Source: an uncultured delta proteobacterium (lineage in GTDB: Bacteria > Desulfobacterota > Binatia > Bin18). Taken from it: a stretch of DNA of 64,000 nucleotides. Below the pieces are notes generated by a model. The model was not told the origin of the DNA. It did no database searches and saw only the letters and a list, made by a program, of their open reading frames with translations. The stretch's first letter is position 1. Each line of letters begins with the position of its first letter. Positions 63,265 through 64,000 of the stretch are shown here, piece after piece. The DNA lies in the NCBI GenBank assembly GCA_963733195.1, contig CAVTCR010000059.1:196848-260847 (forward strand), in the 5' to 3' direction. The position numbers and the translations under genes were made by a program.

Positions 63265-64000
63265 AGCCGCGACCAGATCAAACGACTCCCCCGTCCCGGT
63301 CCACAGGCGCAAGTATGGGGAGTCATCCGTACGACCACGTGCGCCCCGCTGGCACGCGTGGCGAGCAGGGCCGGGGCTTTGGCAAAATTGCGATCCCCTC
63401 ACACCCCCATGCCGGGGCCCCACGTAAAGCGCGTCAAACTCTCACCCGTATGCACGTCACTCACGTGGAGTTCGTGTACCCGCTGGGCTACCGGATCGTC
63501 CGCCACGTGCCAGCGCTAATCCGTGCCCTGCGCGCCGGGCCCACTGATCTGCGAGCCGTCACAAATCACGAGCTGCCACGGCGCGTCCGTCCGTTCCGGC
63601 AGGGCCCGCACGGGCAACAACTTGCCCAGCAGCCGCTCCAGCCACGGCGGACAGGCCGCCAACCGCTGCCGCACCGCTTCATCGGTCAGCGGTTTCCCAC
63701 TGCCCGTACACACGCCGGCAATCTCCCGCAGGGATAAGTCCCCGAGGCTGTAGAGGAAGACCAGATACAAGAGGTCGTCGGGCGACTCCAGGACTCGCGC
63801 CCGCGTGAAGGCCTGACCTTCGCGCGCCAGCTGCGCGCTCTCGGGGGGTAACTCTTGTCGGAGGGCTTCATACTTGCTAGCAACATCGTGAAGTGGCATC
63901 CGGTTCTCCTTTCGAGTGGGGTGCTCGGTGAGCGCCGTTTTGCCACTTCTTTCACTATGTTACACCTACCTTGGCGCATATGGGGCTCTGCCCACCCTTT

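Larger units (their letters stand above)
60651..63982 (-). mobile_element. IS4-family insertion sequence (1428 bp without the insert), transposase decayed and interrupted
   Basis: Terminal IRs CATATGCGCCAAG (60651) and CTTGGCGCATATG (63982). Transposase pieces 63899 to 62981 (ICDGS, GDRNF, LYRIRWQVE) and 61078 to 60695 (LVLKRYKS), with internal stop codons. Confidence 0.9.

Noticed and set aside
63516-63518. In-frame TAG in the IS4 transposase as pyrrolysine or readthrough
   Set aside because: The gene has further stops and frameshifts and is interrupted at its catalytic codon, so this is ordinary decay.

Overview
Bacterial chromosomal window of moderate GC with a metabolic backbone. It carries amgK-murU, an acyl-CoA dehydrogenase, an SDR, the 2-aminophenol 1,6-dioxygenase pair amnB/amnA, a MetE-like protein, fhs, three amidohydrolases, six family III CoA-transferase domains, a Rieske oxygenase, frmA, an epoxide hydrolase, a MoxR-DUF58-VWA operon and two MFS transporters. 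The gene mix resembles Binatota/Deltaproteobacteria-type MAGs (inference only). Many genes are broken by small indels, most likely long-read consensus errors. Highlights read directly from the sequence: (1) A 1904-bp element encoding only a large serine recombinase and a small ORF sits exactly in the catalytic Glu codon of an IS4 transposase YREK motif. Its 52-bp attP can be rebuilt and lies inside the recombinase ORF, so integration swaps the enzyme's C-terminus. The IS4 itself sits in a REP hairpin. (2) A UGSC-motif selenoprotein missed by the ORF track (in-frame UGA plus a SECIS-like hairpin) follows an uncharacterised partner gene. (3) A decayed integron with integrase co-oriented with the cassettes remains as an IntI C-terminal stub, an attI-like site, a toxin-antitoxin-bearing cassette and an attC whose core site is interrupted by a 98-bp MITE. 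No rRNA, tRNA or CRISPR array was recognised.
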